A stretch of DNA of 64,000 nt from the human T2T-CHM13v2.0 reference genome, Homo sapiens: NCBI RefSeq assembly GCF_009914755.1, contig NC_060925.1, one strand, 5' to 3'. Under the pieces are notes generated by a model. It was not told the origin of the DNA. It saw only the letters and a list, made by a program, of their open reading frames with translations, and made no database searches. Numbering within the stretch: position 1 is the stretch's first letter; every line of letters starts with the position of its first letter. The translations under genes were made by a program, and so were the position numbers. This document shows positions 30,546 to 43,147 of the stretch, piece after piece.

Positions 30546-31039
30546 CCTCCCAGACTCAGCTAATATCCTCTAACTCTCAGGATCAAGTACTGGAGAGAAG
30601 TGCTTATTGTCATTCCACACAGTGACCGTCTTGGTTCCAGCTTTCAGCAGTATCCCAGAAAAACTGATTTCCATAACTATTTCTTATGCCTTCTCGACCA
30701 CACAGGAATGAGACATCCAGTGGGTGAAATTTTAAAAACAGAATGTCCAAATGGCCTGTCCATAATAAAGTCGGGGGTTTATGAGCTACATGTGTCACTG
30801 ATAATTCAGTGCTTTCTCTCACATTCACTCGGATTCTCTCACTGATAGATTTCAGAAGCTCCCCCTGCAAGTTTCTGAAGTGAGTGGGAGAAGAGTGGCT
30901 CTAGAGCAGGTACTGCTTTCACATGATACAATGTGAAGAAGTAATCATATGGGCCAGAACACTCTCACACTGATGCCATGCTGATCAAATTCATGGATAG
31001 CTGGAGGCTAGGGAGGTAATAACCAAGTGGATAGATTAA

Positions 31040-31200
31040 ATACCAAGATCCTTTAAAATGACACCAAAAGCACAAGCAACAAAAGAGAAAAAATAGAAAA
31101 ATCAGAATCCATCAAAATGTTAAACTTCTGGCATCAAAGGACACCATCAAGAAAGTGAAAAGGCACTTTCACTTTCTTGCAAATTATGTATCTGACAGAT
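31040..31200 (+). mobile_element. L1M ORF2 fragment
   Basis: atgacaccaaaagcacaagcaacaaaag...catcaaaggacaccatcaagaaagtgaaaagg...tgcaaattatgtatctga. Confidence 0.75.
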
Positions 31201-33639
31201 AATCAACCATAAATTTAAAATTGTAACTTGGTTAAAGCTATATCCAATCACATGGATGCAAAAAGGCTGAAACTTACTTATATGAGAGGTCCCAGGAACC
31301 ACTCAGATAACGGTGGTAAATGGGAACTCAGGACCACTTCCAGGGTTATATCTCCAAGTAGTCAGGGTACAATGGCTCTTCTTAAGTGCCAAGAAATTGT
31401 ACCCAGTGGGGAAGGACTCACTCTACTGGGAAGCATGAAGTTTGGTCCAAAAAGCCAATTGCCAAAGCAAAAGATGGTAGAAATGTGATTTCTCCATATG
31501 TAGATGCTTGCCAAGAATAAGCTTTGTCTAGGAACATTGGTATCGGGTGAGATTCTGCATGAGGAGAAGGAAAGGGAGAATGCAGCCCCACCCAGTGTCT
31601 TCTGGCCCAAGCTCAAATCAGGATCTATGAAAAAGGACTGGGAAGAAAAAAAAAAAAAAGCAAGCTGAATGGAAAAAGCATTCTATTATTGGCAGTATGA
31701 TGTGATCCTGTTCTGTCCTAGTGCCAGGGCTGAGCACAGGTGGAGGAGGGCATTTCCCCCACATTGGAGCAAACTACAGAGCTTCTGCATGTGTCTATGG
31801 GTGACACAGAAGAAGTAACATTAGCACTTTGATGGAAAAAAAGATCCATCCCAGTGGGGGTGGGGGTTCACATAGCAATTGAGAAATGATGTGGTATGTG
31901 TCAGTAGTGGCCAGGGAAGGAGAGCAGATGCTACCAGGTGGAAGAACAAGCACCTATGGTCACCCAGAGTTGCCAAGAGACATTACTTTTACCCCTTAAG
32001 CCGTAAGTTGGGTTCTAATGATCTTTCTGGTCAGCAACAGAAAAAGAAACTGTTTTGTACCTGCTACTGTGACTCTTTTCCATGTCTGTTTCCACATTGG
32101 TGTAGCAAAGGAAAATGAGGAGACGCATTTGGATAAATGTCGAGTCATAGAATTTGGTGCAATAAAAAGCCCACCGCAAAGGCAGATGATGGTAGAGACA
32201 TGGTTCTTAGCACAACGGAGGAAATGAGTGCAAGGTTCTTCTTAATCTCAATCTCTGTGAGTGTCATCACTGGAGTGCTGGTTAATTACCTCAGAAAATG
32301 AATGGCTAATTATCCATCTGTTCTCACATCATTTCTAATTGGCTGACACATAGTAGGGTTTTGATAAATATTTGTGGAGGGGAGAGAGAAAGAGAAGCAA
32401 AGATGGAAGGCTTAAATCATACATTCAACAAAGTGTTCAGAAAGGCTTTTGCTCAGAAATCCTGCTTCCCTTCCACTTGTTAAGGTGCTGGATTCCATCC
32501 AAGGCTGCCAGCGCCTGCATGTGAGCACAGCTCAATATAATTAAACACCTGAGCTTCCCAGGAGGGATGGAATCAAAATGACAGCCAGGGGAGAACCTGT
32601 AGCTTCTGCCTGTGCCCCGCCTCTCTGCTTGCAAGACGGGGCTGGATGGGTAGTCCCCAACAGCCTCGATCACTTTGTGTTTTCACTGCAGGGCTGCTGT
32701 CAGTATGTTCTCTGTTAATTTGAACATTTGGGCCAGGCTTCATAGGGACTTCTTAGAGTTTACTGTCGTTTCCCCAATGGGTGCATTCTAACTTCCTCAC
32801 ACCAAACCGAGTGATCTTTAAGAAGGGGGCCCAGCCCTCATTTATGTGATCAGGAAGAGGGACACTCTATGCCCACCCCTGCTCTGGCTCAGCCACCCCC
32901 ATTCCTGCCCAGACCAGTTCTGTTTCCCATCTCTTCTGCAAAGGAGGAACAAAGGATCATCCTCTGACCAGGGTTGGCTCTGCAAGCAGGGCACGTGCAG
33001 CTCTGCAGAACTCACTGGTGATTTTTCACATATTAGATTTTGTTTTAAAGCCTTCTGCTCCTTTTGTTCTTCCTACCAAGACTTCTCTCCTTGCCAAGCT
33101 TTCTTGCAGTGATGGTGGGTTTTTATCACCACGTAGCTATGATTCAGAGCCAGACCTCTAGCTGATGAGAGCTGAAATTATTCTCTCCCATGCATGCAAA
33201 GAGGGTCACAATGGGGAAAAGCGAAAATGGAAACATTTGTTAGTCTGCAAAATCACTGTCAGGTGAGAATTTACAGAGTTGGCCCTAACAGCTTCTCATT
33301 CTGCAGTATCCTCATTGGAAGATTTTCTTCTTGATATTTAGTTCTACAAACAAACCCTTATCAAGCTCTTCTTATACAAAGCATTGGGCTGTCCCTATTC
33401 TCTGTTACCAGCTTTGCATATAACACCTTCTCCCTCCTTTACACACTCATCCAACACCTACCAAAGTCCCTGGTGGAATTGTGGAACCATTCATCCACAT
33501 TAATGAACAAACAACACACACAAGGGGTAGTTAAAGAATGGCATTAACATCAACTAGCAGGCCATCTGTGGCCCTGGAGTGAACACTAGGCAGAAACAAA
33601 GGTTCTGAAAGGGAAGCATCTTTACCTTCATTTATGCCA

Positions 33640-33775
33640 TTTAATTTGCATCGTTTCCATTTTCAGAAGAAGAAACGGGCCCAGGACTTAAGTACCTTCC
33701 TGACTATTAAGTAGTGCAGACAAGATCCATACCCATGCTTGTCTCCTTTTGATCCCAGGGACTGTCTATGCTATA
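33640..33775 (-). mobile_element. MIR fragment
   Basis: ccattttcagaagaagaaacgggcccagg...ttaagtaccttcc. Confidence 0.5.
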
Positions 33776-34113
33776 CAATTTCAAAAATGGAAGTTTTTCT
33801 CCTGACCTAATGGCAGCTGCACATGCAGCTTGACTGGTTTCACTGGCAGTGGAGATGACTTTCATAAATCGTCCTTGCTGTCTAGGTAGTCTCCTTTCTG
33901 AGTAGTATCAATTCAAAGAGGGGCTGTCCAGGAGAAGGGGGCAGTTTTTGATGCCAACAAGCTGACCACTATCATGGGCTATAGCATCTTCTGTCTAAAC
34001 AAACTGAGTCATATAATCCAGAAATCCCTGGTGGAGTCCTCCAAGTAAAAAATCAAGTCTGCATCTCAGTAACTTTTCTAAATTGAAGACTACAGGATTG
34101 AGATCTGGATGTT

Positions 34114-34495
34114 AAAAAATTTTCATCAAATTGGCCTTGCTGCAAAATGTTGCAATCCCTGTCTTTTGACACATGGTAAACAGTCAGAGGTGGTCATCAA
34201 GCACCAAAAAAAAATTTCATCAAATTGGCCTTACTGCAAAATGTTGCAATCCCTGTCTTTTGACACATGGTAAACAGTCAGAGGTGGTCGTCAAGCACCA
34301 AAAAAAAAAATTTCATCAAATTGGCCTTACTGAAAAATGTTGCAATCCCTGTCTTTTGATGCATAGTAAACAGTCAGAGGTGGTCATCAAGCACCAAAAA
34401 AAAAAAAAAAAAATCATCAAATTGGCCTTACTGCAAAATGTTGCAATCCCTGTCTTTTGACACATGGTAAACAGTCAGAGGTGGTCATCAAGCAC
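34114..34495. repeat. Minisatellite, 4 units of 92-100 bp each headed by a poly(A) tract
   Basis: Core tcatcaaattggccttactgcaaaatgttgcaatccctgtcttttgacacatggtaaacagtcagaggtggtcatcaagcac; units start at 34114, 34206, 34300 and 34396. Confidence 0.97.
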
Positions 34496-34699
34496 TAGCC
34501 TACGGCAAAAAGGAGTCTGAGGGGCTGACAAGCCAGAAGACACAGAACAGGTGCTCAGCCCCTTTCTAATCAGCACATCTTTCTTTCTGCCCACTATTTG
34601 GCAACAAGGGGTTGTGGCTGCTCTTTCTGCAGCATTCAGCTCCCAGGTCCCTGCACCAGTGCCCTGTTCATTGCTGTCAGTGACTAGGGTGGCAACACA

Positions 34700-34930
34700 G
34701 ACTGGTGGAAAGACAATGAGATTGGGGGTCAGAGATCTGGGTTTGCATTCTGCCTTCACCATTCACAAGAAGGTTGACCGAAGGCAAGAGAATTGACCTC
34801 CCTGAGCCTTAGTTTCCTCACCTATAAACTAAGATAATAACACCTGTGACATAAAAGTGTTGGGAGAGGTGAATAAAGAATGTGTATAATGTGCTCTGCA
34901 CACAGTATATGTTCAATCATTCATCATTAT
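34700..34930 (+). mobile_element. MIR
   Basis: gtcagagatctgggtttgcattctgcc...acctccctgagccttagtttcctcacctataaa. Confidence 0.75.
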
Positions 34931-35623
34931 TAATACTGTTATTACTTACCTATCATTGTAAGTGATGCAAATCCTAACCATTATTCACTGGTCAAGTAAA
35001 CTCTCTCCTCTTTTATGCCACATTCATGGCCATATTACACAAAAGATCACCATCTTCCTAGAAATCTGAAAGCTTATTCCATGAACACTTAGTGCTTTCC
35101 AGCTGCACGTGGTTTTCCTACTTGCATTTGTGTAGATTGTAAGTTAACTGTGGAGAAAATACCATATTTTCTCTCTCTTCCTCCATTCATTCTATATTTA
35201 TTGAGCCCACTGTGGACCATGGATTGGCTCACACAGCCCCTGACCTAAGCTGCTTGAAGTCTGGTTGTGAAGACATCAGTACACAGATGCACTATGATAA
35301 ATCTCAGAAAAACCTTAGGTGCCTGGCCCACGGCTCTTCCCAAATAAATGGGGTATATACTGCCTGACCCCTCCTTGACCTCCTCACTGGGGAGACACCC
35401 TGCACATGTGCCCATAACAAGCTGTCCTTTCCTTAGTGGAGACTCATCTCATTGACTCATCTGGCTCCCCTACCAGACTCCAATAAATATAGAAGGTCCT
35501 TTCCTTCTTTTTTAAAAATATAATTTTAATTCAAATGTCAATTATAATGTGGAGATGTTGCTAACATCCAATCCTTTGTTTCTAGTAATATTTTGCTTCT
35601 ATGTCTGTTGTCTCCTTTGAAAC

Positions 35624-35764
35624 ATGTAACTAACCTGCACAATGTGCACATGTACCCTAAAACTTAAAGTATAATAAAAAAAAAAAATCTGAACTTGCCA
35701 CATCAGATATATATTTCTTTTATACTAAAAATAAAGTTATTTTCAAAGCAAAAAAAAAAAAAAA
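35624..35764 (+). mobile_element. Very short young L1 (L1PA2/3-type) 3' end with an apparent 62-nt 3' transduction and second poly(A)
   Basis: atgtaactaacctgcacaatgtgcacatgtaccctaaaacttaaagtataat then A12, then non-L1 sequence with AATAAA (35730-35735), then A15 (35750-35764). Confidence 0.8.
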
Positions 35765-36129
35765 GAAGGAAAGGGATTTTTCAAATATTGTGGGTACCTA
35801 TAAGATCAGAGACAATGACCCTTATCGGTTGGCATTCCATCATTAAAGCTTCTGAACATCTAAAACTTGTTGTAAATTCCTCTGCCCAGTGCAGTAATCC
35901 AGCTATGAACAAGGATGATGTCCTCCCACAATACACACAAGATATTTTGTCACCATAATTATAGTTCAAAATAATAGGGATATCTTCCACCCCTCTCCTG
36001 CAATCTCTCCACTGCCCTCTTTCCCTTCCTGATTCTTTACTCTGCATCCCCCGACCAAACACACATCACAAAGAACATTTTCTCCTGCCAAATCCCAAAA
36101 TAATCAACAAGGAAAGCAACAAGACAAAG

Positions 36130-36300
36130 GGAATGACTTTGTCAGATGAAACTGAAGTCAAAACCCAGTCCAGCCACCTCTCAAACTGTGACCTTAAATA
36201 GGTTATTTCATGTCTCTGAACTCAGTTTTCTTATCTGCAAAACAGGGATAAGAAAGCCTATTTACAAGAGTTATTGGGTTGTGAAAACTTCCCAGTATGA
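36130..36300 (+). mobile_element. MIR
   Basis: actgtgaccttaaataggttatttcatgtctctgaactcagttttcttatctgcaaaacaggg. Confidence 0.75.
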
Positions 36301-36739
36301 CCTGGCATGTCTTGGGCACTCAGGGCATGACTATTTGTAGTCTTTTCTCCCTTTCACCAAGGGGATCACTCCTGCTGCTCCTGGTACCATGTCCTGTCCC
36401 GTGAAGATCCTGCCAGTCAAGCCTGAACAGTGAAGCCTGGGAGGACTTCCCAACCACACAAAATGACTTCCTACTTTAGGGCTTCCCTTAACTTGCTCTG
36501 CAGTCAGGCCAACTTTTTTTTTCTAAAAAGCTTTGTATCTAAGGAACGTCATATCCAGATATACTTATATTTAATGACCTATACTTTAAACACTGTAATG
36601 TACCTGATATTTTATGCAAGTTCAATTCTCTTAAAGTAGAGCATACTCAAAGGACTAACAAATAGCTGAGAAACATCATTGTTTGTTGAGTCCTATTAAT
36701 GTGCTGTAAGAGAGGAAACACAGGGGCAGGGAGAGAGTT

Positions 36740-36940
36740 ATCATTGTTTAAACACTCTGCATGGAAGCACTAGGCTAGGTACTTTTGTACTTCACATCAC
36801 TTTGTTTTTGCATCCCCAAATGGTACCTCCATTTTCAGTTAAGGAACCTGCCAAAGGTCAAAGCATTAATCATGGGCAGAGGTGGGCCTGAAAGCCAGAA
36901 CTGACTGGTTCCAAAATGTAGGCTCTTTCCCACATTACAG
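36740..36940 (-). mobile_element. MIR
   Basis: ccattttcagttaaggaac...ccaaaggtca...ggcagaggtggg...tgactggttccaaa. Confidence 0.55.
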
Positions 36941-37854
36941 CAGCCTAGGAACAAAAGAGAAGAGAAAGAGCAAGATGACCCACAGGTCCCACCCTCAGGA
37001 AGCTTAGAGCTTTACCAGAGCTGGACCAAATAGCAGGCAAAAAAGATAGCCATGACGTCACAAGAATGTTCACAGAGCAGTATAAAGTGAATCCAAGTGA
37101 ATAAACCCAAAATAGGGTCCATCAGCCTAAGGGCATGAAGTGACAGAGGGTTATGAACAGGATGGGAGTAACCAGAGTTTTCTGGAGGAGGGGAGAAAGT
37201 GATGTGGAAGACAGAAAGTAGTCTAAGGTTGTGTCCAAAATGGGGGCACCCAACTGAAACGCATAGTAGTAGGCAGAACTTTTTTAAAAAACCAGGTTAT
37301 AGAGAAAAAATCAAGCTGATTGCTGGCTAGAAAAGAACTCTAACGATAAATTGGAAATGAAAGGCTTTTTCTCCTAAAAAATTCTGAACACTGTCCCATT
37401 CCCAAAATAAAAATAAACCAAAAATGAAATTAAACAGCATTCTCATGCTCCCGAGAAGGGAGTAGCAATTATTATTTTCTTTTTTTTTTCTAATTACAGA
37501 AAAGAAAAAGTTAACTGGGAAGAGCAAGAAACAAACACTGTTATTAACAACAATAAAATCATGACATCTGAAAGTTAAATTTTCAAATTTTTCCAAAAAG
37601 TTGTTATACATCATTATCTCATTTAGTTTTCACTTCGGCCAAGTGAGATTGTCAGGAGAGCCTCTTACCTCTAATCCACAAAAATAGAGGATACAGCCCA
37701 AACCACAGAGCATATCTAAGATTTGAATCAAAGTCTCTCAACTAGAAATATAAGGACACAGCTCCAACAAGCTCTTCCTGCTGTGGAGGACTAATGTTTC
37801 CTAGTATCAACTGACGGAATAAGACTATGGGGAGAAGAAGGAAAGTTGAGGCTG

Positions 37855-38285
37855 ACACTACTGGTCATCCCCCCATATCAGTTTTCCTTGCATATATTAC
37901 CGTATTTCTACTCAGGCACATGACCACTCAGAATAAATACTATATTTCTATATTTCCAAGCTTCCCTTCCCAGTGTGGCTAGGTTACCAAGTTCCAGCCA
38001 ATGTGATGTGAACAAAAGTGATAGACAACTTCCTAGTCTTATTCTCAAAAGTAAGGAGTATGACCAGCTTTCCCCTTCCTTTTCTTTCTACTTTCTGGAA
38101 TAAGAACACATGGCTGGAAAAAAAAGCCATATGGGATCCCAATATGAAAGTCATGTGTTGAATACAGCAGAGAAACCTGGGTCTCTGACAACTGCAGAGT
38201 AGCCAGGCCAACCCCAAACTTTTAGAAAATTTTGTTGATGCCACTTTTGGTCTCTGTCCAACAGCAGAACCCATATCCTACTTTT
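37855..38285 (+). mobile_element. MLT1-family MaLR LTR (old)
   Basis: atatttccaagcttcccttcccagtgtggct...ccaagttccagccaatgtgatgtgaacaaaagtgat...gccacttttggtctctgt. Confidence 0.6.
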
Positions 38286-40689
38286 TAAAAAGTGTGGCCA
38301 ATAGCACTGAAGCACCAAAGACGCCTTCCAAAATGTCAGGGTCTTCTCAATTGCTCTGATTCAGACTAAGAAGTCAGTAAACATTTACTAAGAGCCCACT
38401 ATGTGTTGGAAGTCTCCTAAGAATATCTTTACAGCCTCCTGGCAATTGTGACCCACATTGTTTTAGAAAAATCAGTATGTTGGTACAGAATGCAAAAAGG
38501 GATACTCAGCAAAGGTGAAATGCAAAGAAACAAGAAATCTTTAAATAAGGTCATGAAGGAGGCGGGGAAAAGCCCATATTTGAATGCAAGTGACAATACA
38601 AGCTGAAGTGAGGCCACAAAAGATACTGCTGGGCTGCAAGTGGGTAAGGTAATGGAGTCAAGTGTTCAGCAGTGAACGTAAGTACTGTCTCTTCCTCCCA
38701 GGCAAGAAGGCAATAGAAGGAAACACTAGTGTGTGCCCAGTTGCTATGTGGGAGTTTCCAGGCCTGAGGAAGAGGTTACCTAAAGCATTAATCAGGATGG
38801 TATCTGGCCCAGCAGAAGAACTAGAAGGAGAGAGGAGAACTGGACCAAGGAAATGCTCACAAGAGTCCCTTTAGCTGACGCTCAGCTAGAGTTTTAAGGA
38901 CCTAAAGTGGGAGGAGGACTGGGAAGAAAGAAATGAATTCAAAGAGACAGGTGCTGTGAAGTGCTGAGGTAGGAGACCAAATATTAGGCTTGGGGGTGGA
39001 GAGTGTCTGGAGTAGGAGTACATTGTCTAGACCCCCTACCATTAGCAGAGAGAAAGGAAATAGATGTGGCTGACTTATAATGACAGGATGACAGCAATGA
39101 CATTATGAGAAGAGAATCAGAAAAGTGCAAAGCCCATATTTAGAAAATGGAAACTGTCTCTTTGCCATCAAATTATCCCCAGAGAGCTCCCCCAAACAGG
39201 GTCAGGTCCCTAACCGGAGACCTCCCAGATAAAAGGACTCTTCCCCTGACAATTCTTCTTCCTTTGAGGGATTCCTCAAAAGCCAGGGAAAGGCTCAGCC
39301 ACAGTGAAGAGTCCATTTCTAGGCCTTTGTTGCTGGTTGCTAGGCTGACAGGGTCTGTCTCTGTCCTTCCTATCCACCTCCATCACCCAGACTGTCAACT
39401 CCTTAAGAGCACCAACTACGGTGTTAGTCACCAAATCCTCAGCACTTAGCCTGGCATCTGTTGGGGCATGAGGGGACACTCAGTATGTGCCTGTTGAATG
39501 GGGGACATCCTCTCCTAGATGTCACACAGAGGGCTGGCATGGCCTTGTGTTTCTCTTGGCATTACCAATGCATAGGAGAGATTACATGGGAGAAAATGAG
39601 TCCACACACCATACCTTATAGTCAGCCCCTGCCGGAGACTACCACAGATCTACACAGGGAAGGCAGGGAAACCAGGGCAGAAGCTGGCTTGCCCCTGATC
39701 CAGGCCAAGACCCCAGAATGGAAATTAGACATAAAACCAGGCACTTGGAGACATTGTAGGTCACCTAAATCCGCAGCTAATCACAAAAACTCATTTTAGT
39801 CAACTGTTTTCACCCCTTCTTAAAGCAATTTCTTATCAGAACTGAAAACAGGTATGCTAGCTTGAAAATATTTAGTTTTCCTGCTGCACATCATCCTCTG
39901 GGGATTTAGCCAAGTTGTAATGAGATGTTCATAGCAGACAGGGGAGGTCACAGAAAGCTCGGATAATCTATATTATGGCTAATATACTGCAACAGGATAG
40001 CCAAGAAACACTATTACTAAGGCATATAAAATTCAATGCAAAGAGGAAAAAATCATAACATACCCAGCACTCCAAAAACCCACTGGCTTTTTGTCTCTTT
40101 TTACCCCTTAAGGAGTGCTAGGCCTGACTACCAGAGTGACCTGGTAGTCAGGGAGGGAGACAACACCGAGCCTTTGGTGTAAGTGCAGGCTGTGGTCAAT
40201 GCTCCCCATTACTATTGATCCCAAATCTGATGTCAGTCTAATCCCATGAGCTGTACAGGAAGGAGGTCAGTGTATACATGTGTATACACGGGCAAAAAAA
40301 GGTAAAAGAGAACTCGGTAAATCTAGTAAGACATCAGCAGTTGTCCTGAACAAACATTGTTTGGAGTATAAGTTTACAAGGACAATTACCAACGCATTAC
40401 GCCAAGTGCAGTAACTTTCTTGTTAGCACAATTTGGCAGATGTGTATCACATGGAAAGTGGAACAGCTGAAACGGTGACAGGTTGCTGAAAAATGACTTG
40501 TTTCCTAAGCACCCAGTCCCCTGAGTCTGCACCATAATCTTGTTCTTAAAATGACTACAACAACAAACAAGCAAAGAAAAAGTTTCCACTGCAGAAACTG
40601 CTGGCTTGCTGAAGTTTATGAAGTGAATTTTCAGTGCCTAAGTGTGGAGAGACTGTTGGGGTCTGTGTTGTTAGACCACGCTACCACAG

Positions 40690-40895
40690 GAGAGAGATCT
40701 GGATCTGAATCCTATCTCTCCTGTCTACCAGTCCCAGGTTCTTGGGAAAGTGAGTTAACTTCTGTGAGCCTCCATTTCCTTATGAAATGGAGATAATAAT
40801 CTCTAACATATACCATTGTCATGAGCAGAAAAAATTGTGTGTAGAGTATTTGGCACAGTGTCTGGCAAATAATAAGTGCTCAAGGAAATGGTGTT
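40690..40895 (+). mobile_element. MIR
   Basis: gatctggatctgaatcc...ttaacttctgtgagcctccatttcc...gcacagtgtctggcaaataataagtgctcaa. Confidence 0.75.
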
Positions 40896-40983
40896 AAGTG
40901 GACTTGCTTAACTAAACATTGTCCTTGGCTACATAATGCAGAAGTGACTACCCGTGTATTTTACATTTTTAAAAAAAGAAATG

Positions 40984-41268
40984 GGCTGGGCGCAGTGGCT
41001 CACGCATGTAATCCTAGCACTTTGGGAGGCTGAGGCAGGTGGATCACCTGAGGTCAGGAGTTCAAGACCAGCCTGGCCAACATGGTGAAACCCCATCTCC
41101 ACTAAAAATACAAAAATTAGCCAGGTGTCATGGTGCATGCCTATAAGCCCAGCTACTTGGGAGGCTAAGGCAGGAGAATCACTTGAACCCAAGAAGCAGA
41201 GGTTGCAGTGAGCCTATCATACCACTGCACTGCAGCCTGGGCAACAGAGTGAGACTGTGTCTCAAAAA
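40984..41268 (+). mobile_element. AluS (Sx/Sz-like)
   Basis: Full dimeric Alu with ggatcacctgaggtcaggagttcaagaccagcctggccaacatgg. Confidence 0.95.
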
Positions 41269-41337
41269 GAGAGAGAGAAAGAGAAGAGAGAAGAGAGAAA
41301 TAAAGAGACAGAGAAAGAAAGGGACAGAGAGAGAGAG

Positions 41338-41400
<63 letters not shown>

Positions 41401-41486
41401 AAAGAAAAGAAAGAGAAACACAGAGAGAGAGAGAGAAAGAAAGGCAGACAGAGACACAGAGAGAGAGAAAGAGAGAGAGAGAGAGA
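41269..41486. repeat. Alu-tail-derived purine microsatellite containing (GAAA)16
   Basis: Perfect GAAA run at 41339-41402 within GA/GAGA tracts. Confidence 0.95.
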
Positions 41487-42900
41487 TCACCTGACTCTCA
41501 GAAGGTGGGAAGAGAAAAGAGGCGGTAAATAATTGAGGTTTTCCCTGGAGATTATATCCAAGAAATTGTGCTTTCCATAGACGACTCATTTTGGGGAAAA
41601 CAAAAAAACAAACAAACAAAAAAACCCCCAACTACTTACCCTTATTATATGCCACCATAACTATTTTCTTTTCTTCTAGGTAAGAAGTTGCAGGGAAATC
41701 TCATATTTGAAAGCCTTTTGCGAGTCCATAAAATGGGACCCATTTTCTAAATGATCACTCTTAGCAAATTTTCTGTAATGGATACAATGAGGTATTTCGA
41801 CTGACAAAGTGGCTCATCTCCCCCTCCCTCTAAGAGAAGGAAATCAAATCATGTCCTGAGCACAGTGCATCTGGTTGTTTATCGGGTGCCCCAAGGCTCA
41901 CAAAAATGCTGTAAGTAAGCACTGCCTAGGAAATACGTGCAGTTAAGGCTGAAACAGTTCTAGAAGAGAAAAGATCTTAAATCCTTTTCTGTGACATGAG
42001 AAAGCACCTCAAATTCTAATTAAGATGAAGCAATTAGCCACCCACAGATCCTTAACACTGCTTCCCATGGCCAGGCAATTATCTCTATTAAAACACATTT
42101 TAAAGTAAGGAACAAACCCAAAGCTCCATAGGCACACACTTCCCACAAATCAATTACCCCCTTAGACACATTCCTTAAATACTCTCAGGAAAACTCTGCC
42201 TGCAGAGAGGGCTTTTATGAAAGGACTCCATCAGACATGATGAGACTGTTGCAAAAAAGGAGGTACCAAGCAGCAAATGTGACAATTTGAGGTAACAAAA
42301 TCCACTCACAAAGCGGGATGCTGAATCTCTGGTCAGTTGGACAAAGCAAGGCAAGCTGAAGCCTCAGGTTTCCCTGGTCAGTATAACAATTTGTCAACTC
42401 CACCCTACATCAAGCAAAACAGTTTCTACCTACTGAAACAAGAACGCAAGAGTCTTCATGTGTGCTCAGACCTGTCTAAACTGAAATTTCACCAGAGGAC
42501 CGTCTTCTCACATCTGAATTTGTCATTGAAGTGCCCACAGCATGCACTTGGCAGTTTCACAATGAGTCCAATCCACTCAAACTTGTTTGCTTTTTCCATC
42601 CCAGTTAGGTCCCTTCCTACATAAGACTCCCTTTAATGAAGGGAATTCATTGTTGTCTACAGCCAAAAAAAGTTGCTTCTACACTCAGCAATAGAACAGC
42701 TATACAACAGTCAGTGGGTAAATCAATCAAATCTAAGTATCTTCCTCAAGAACTAAGGTTGTTTTTCAGTCCAATAAAGTTACTCCAATAACCTATTACT
42801 TCTCAGCTGAACAAGGGCCTTTCTTCCCTCTGTGTCTGTGGATTTGTTTTTGAGTTGGAAAATTTCCCATCAAGCAAGACATCAAAAATGTTTATCTAGA

Positions 42901-43110
42901 CCAGCACCGTCCAAATGATTAAATTTAAATTTTTCCTAGGAGCTACTTTTAAAAGGAAAATGAAACAGATTAAATTAATTCTAAGAGAATATTTTACTTA
43001 ACCGATACATCAGAAATATTACCATTTCAATATATAATCAATATAAAATACAATTAATGAGATGTTTTGCATTCATTTTTCATACATTCTTTTTCTCATA
43101 CTACATTAGA
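42901..43110 (+). mobile_element. hAT-Charlie MER33-like relic
   Basis: tctaga|ccagcaccgtccaa...atattttacttaacc...atattaccatttcaatatataatcaatataaaa...aatgagatgttttgcatt. Confidence 0.6.
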
Positions 43111-43147
43111 CTATATGCCAAGCTACAGCTATGTTCAAATTGACATG

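Noticed and set aside
34114-34495. CRISPR-like array
   Set aside because: Units are separated only by poly(A), with no unique spacers or cas genes, in a mammalian intron; it is a minisatellite.
41179-41631. Lys/Glu/Arg-rich and Phe/Leu/Ser-rich ORFs
   Set aside because: They are translations of the Alu tail and (GAAA)n microsatellite.
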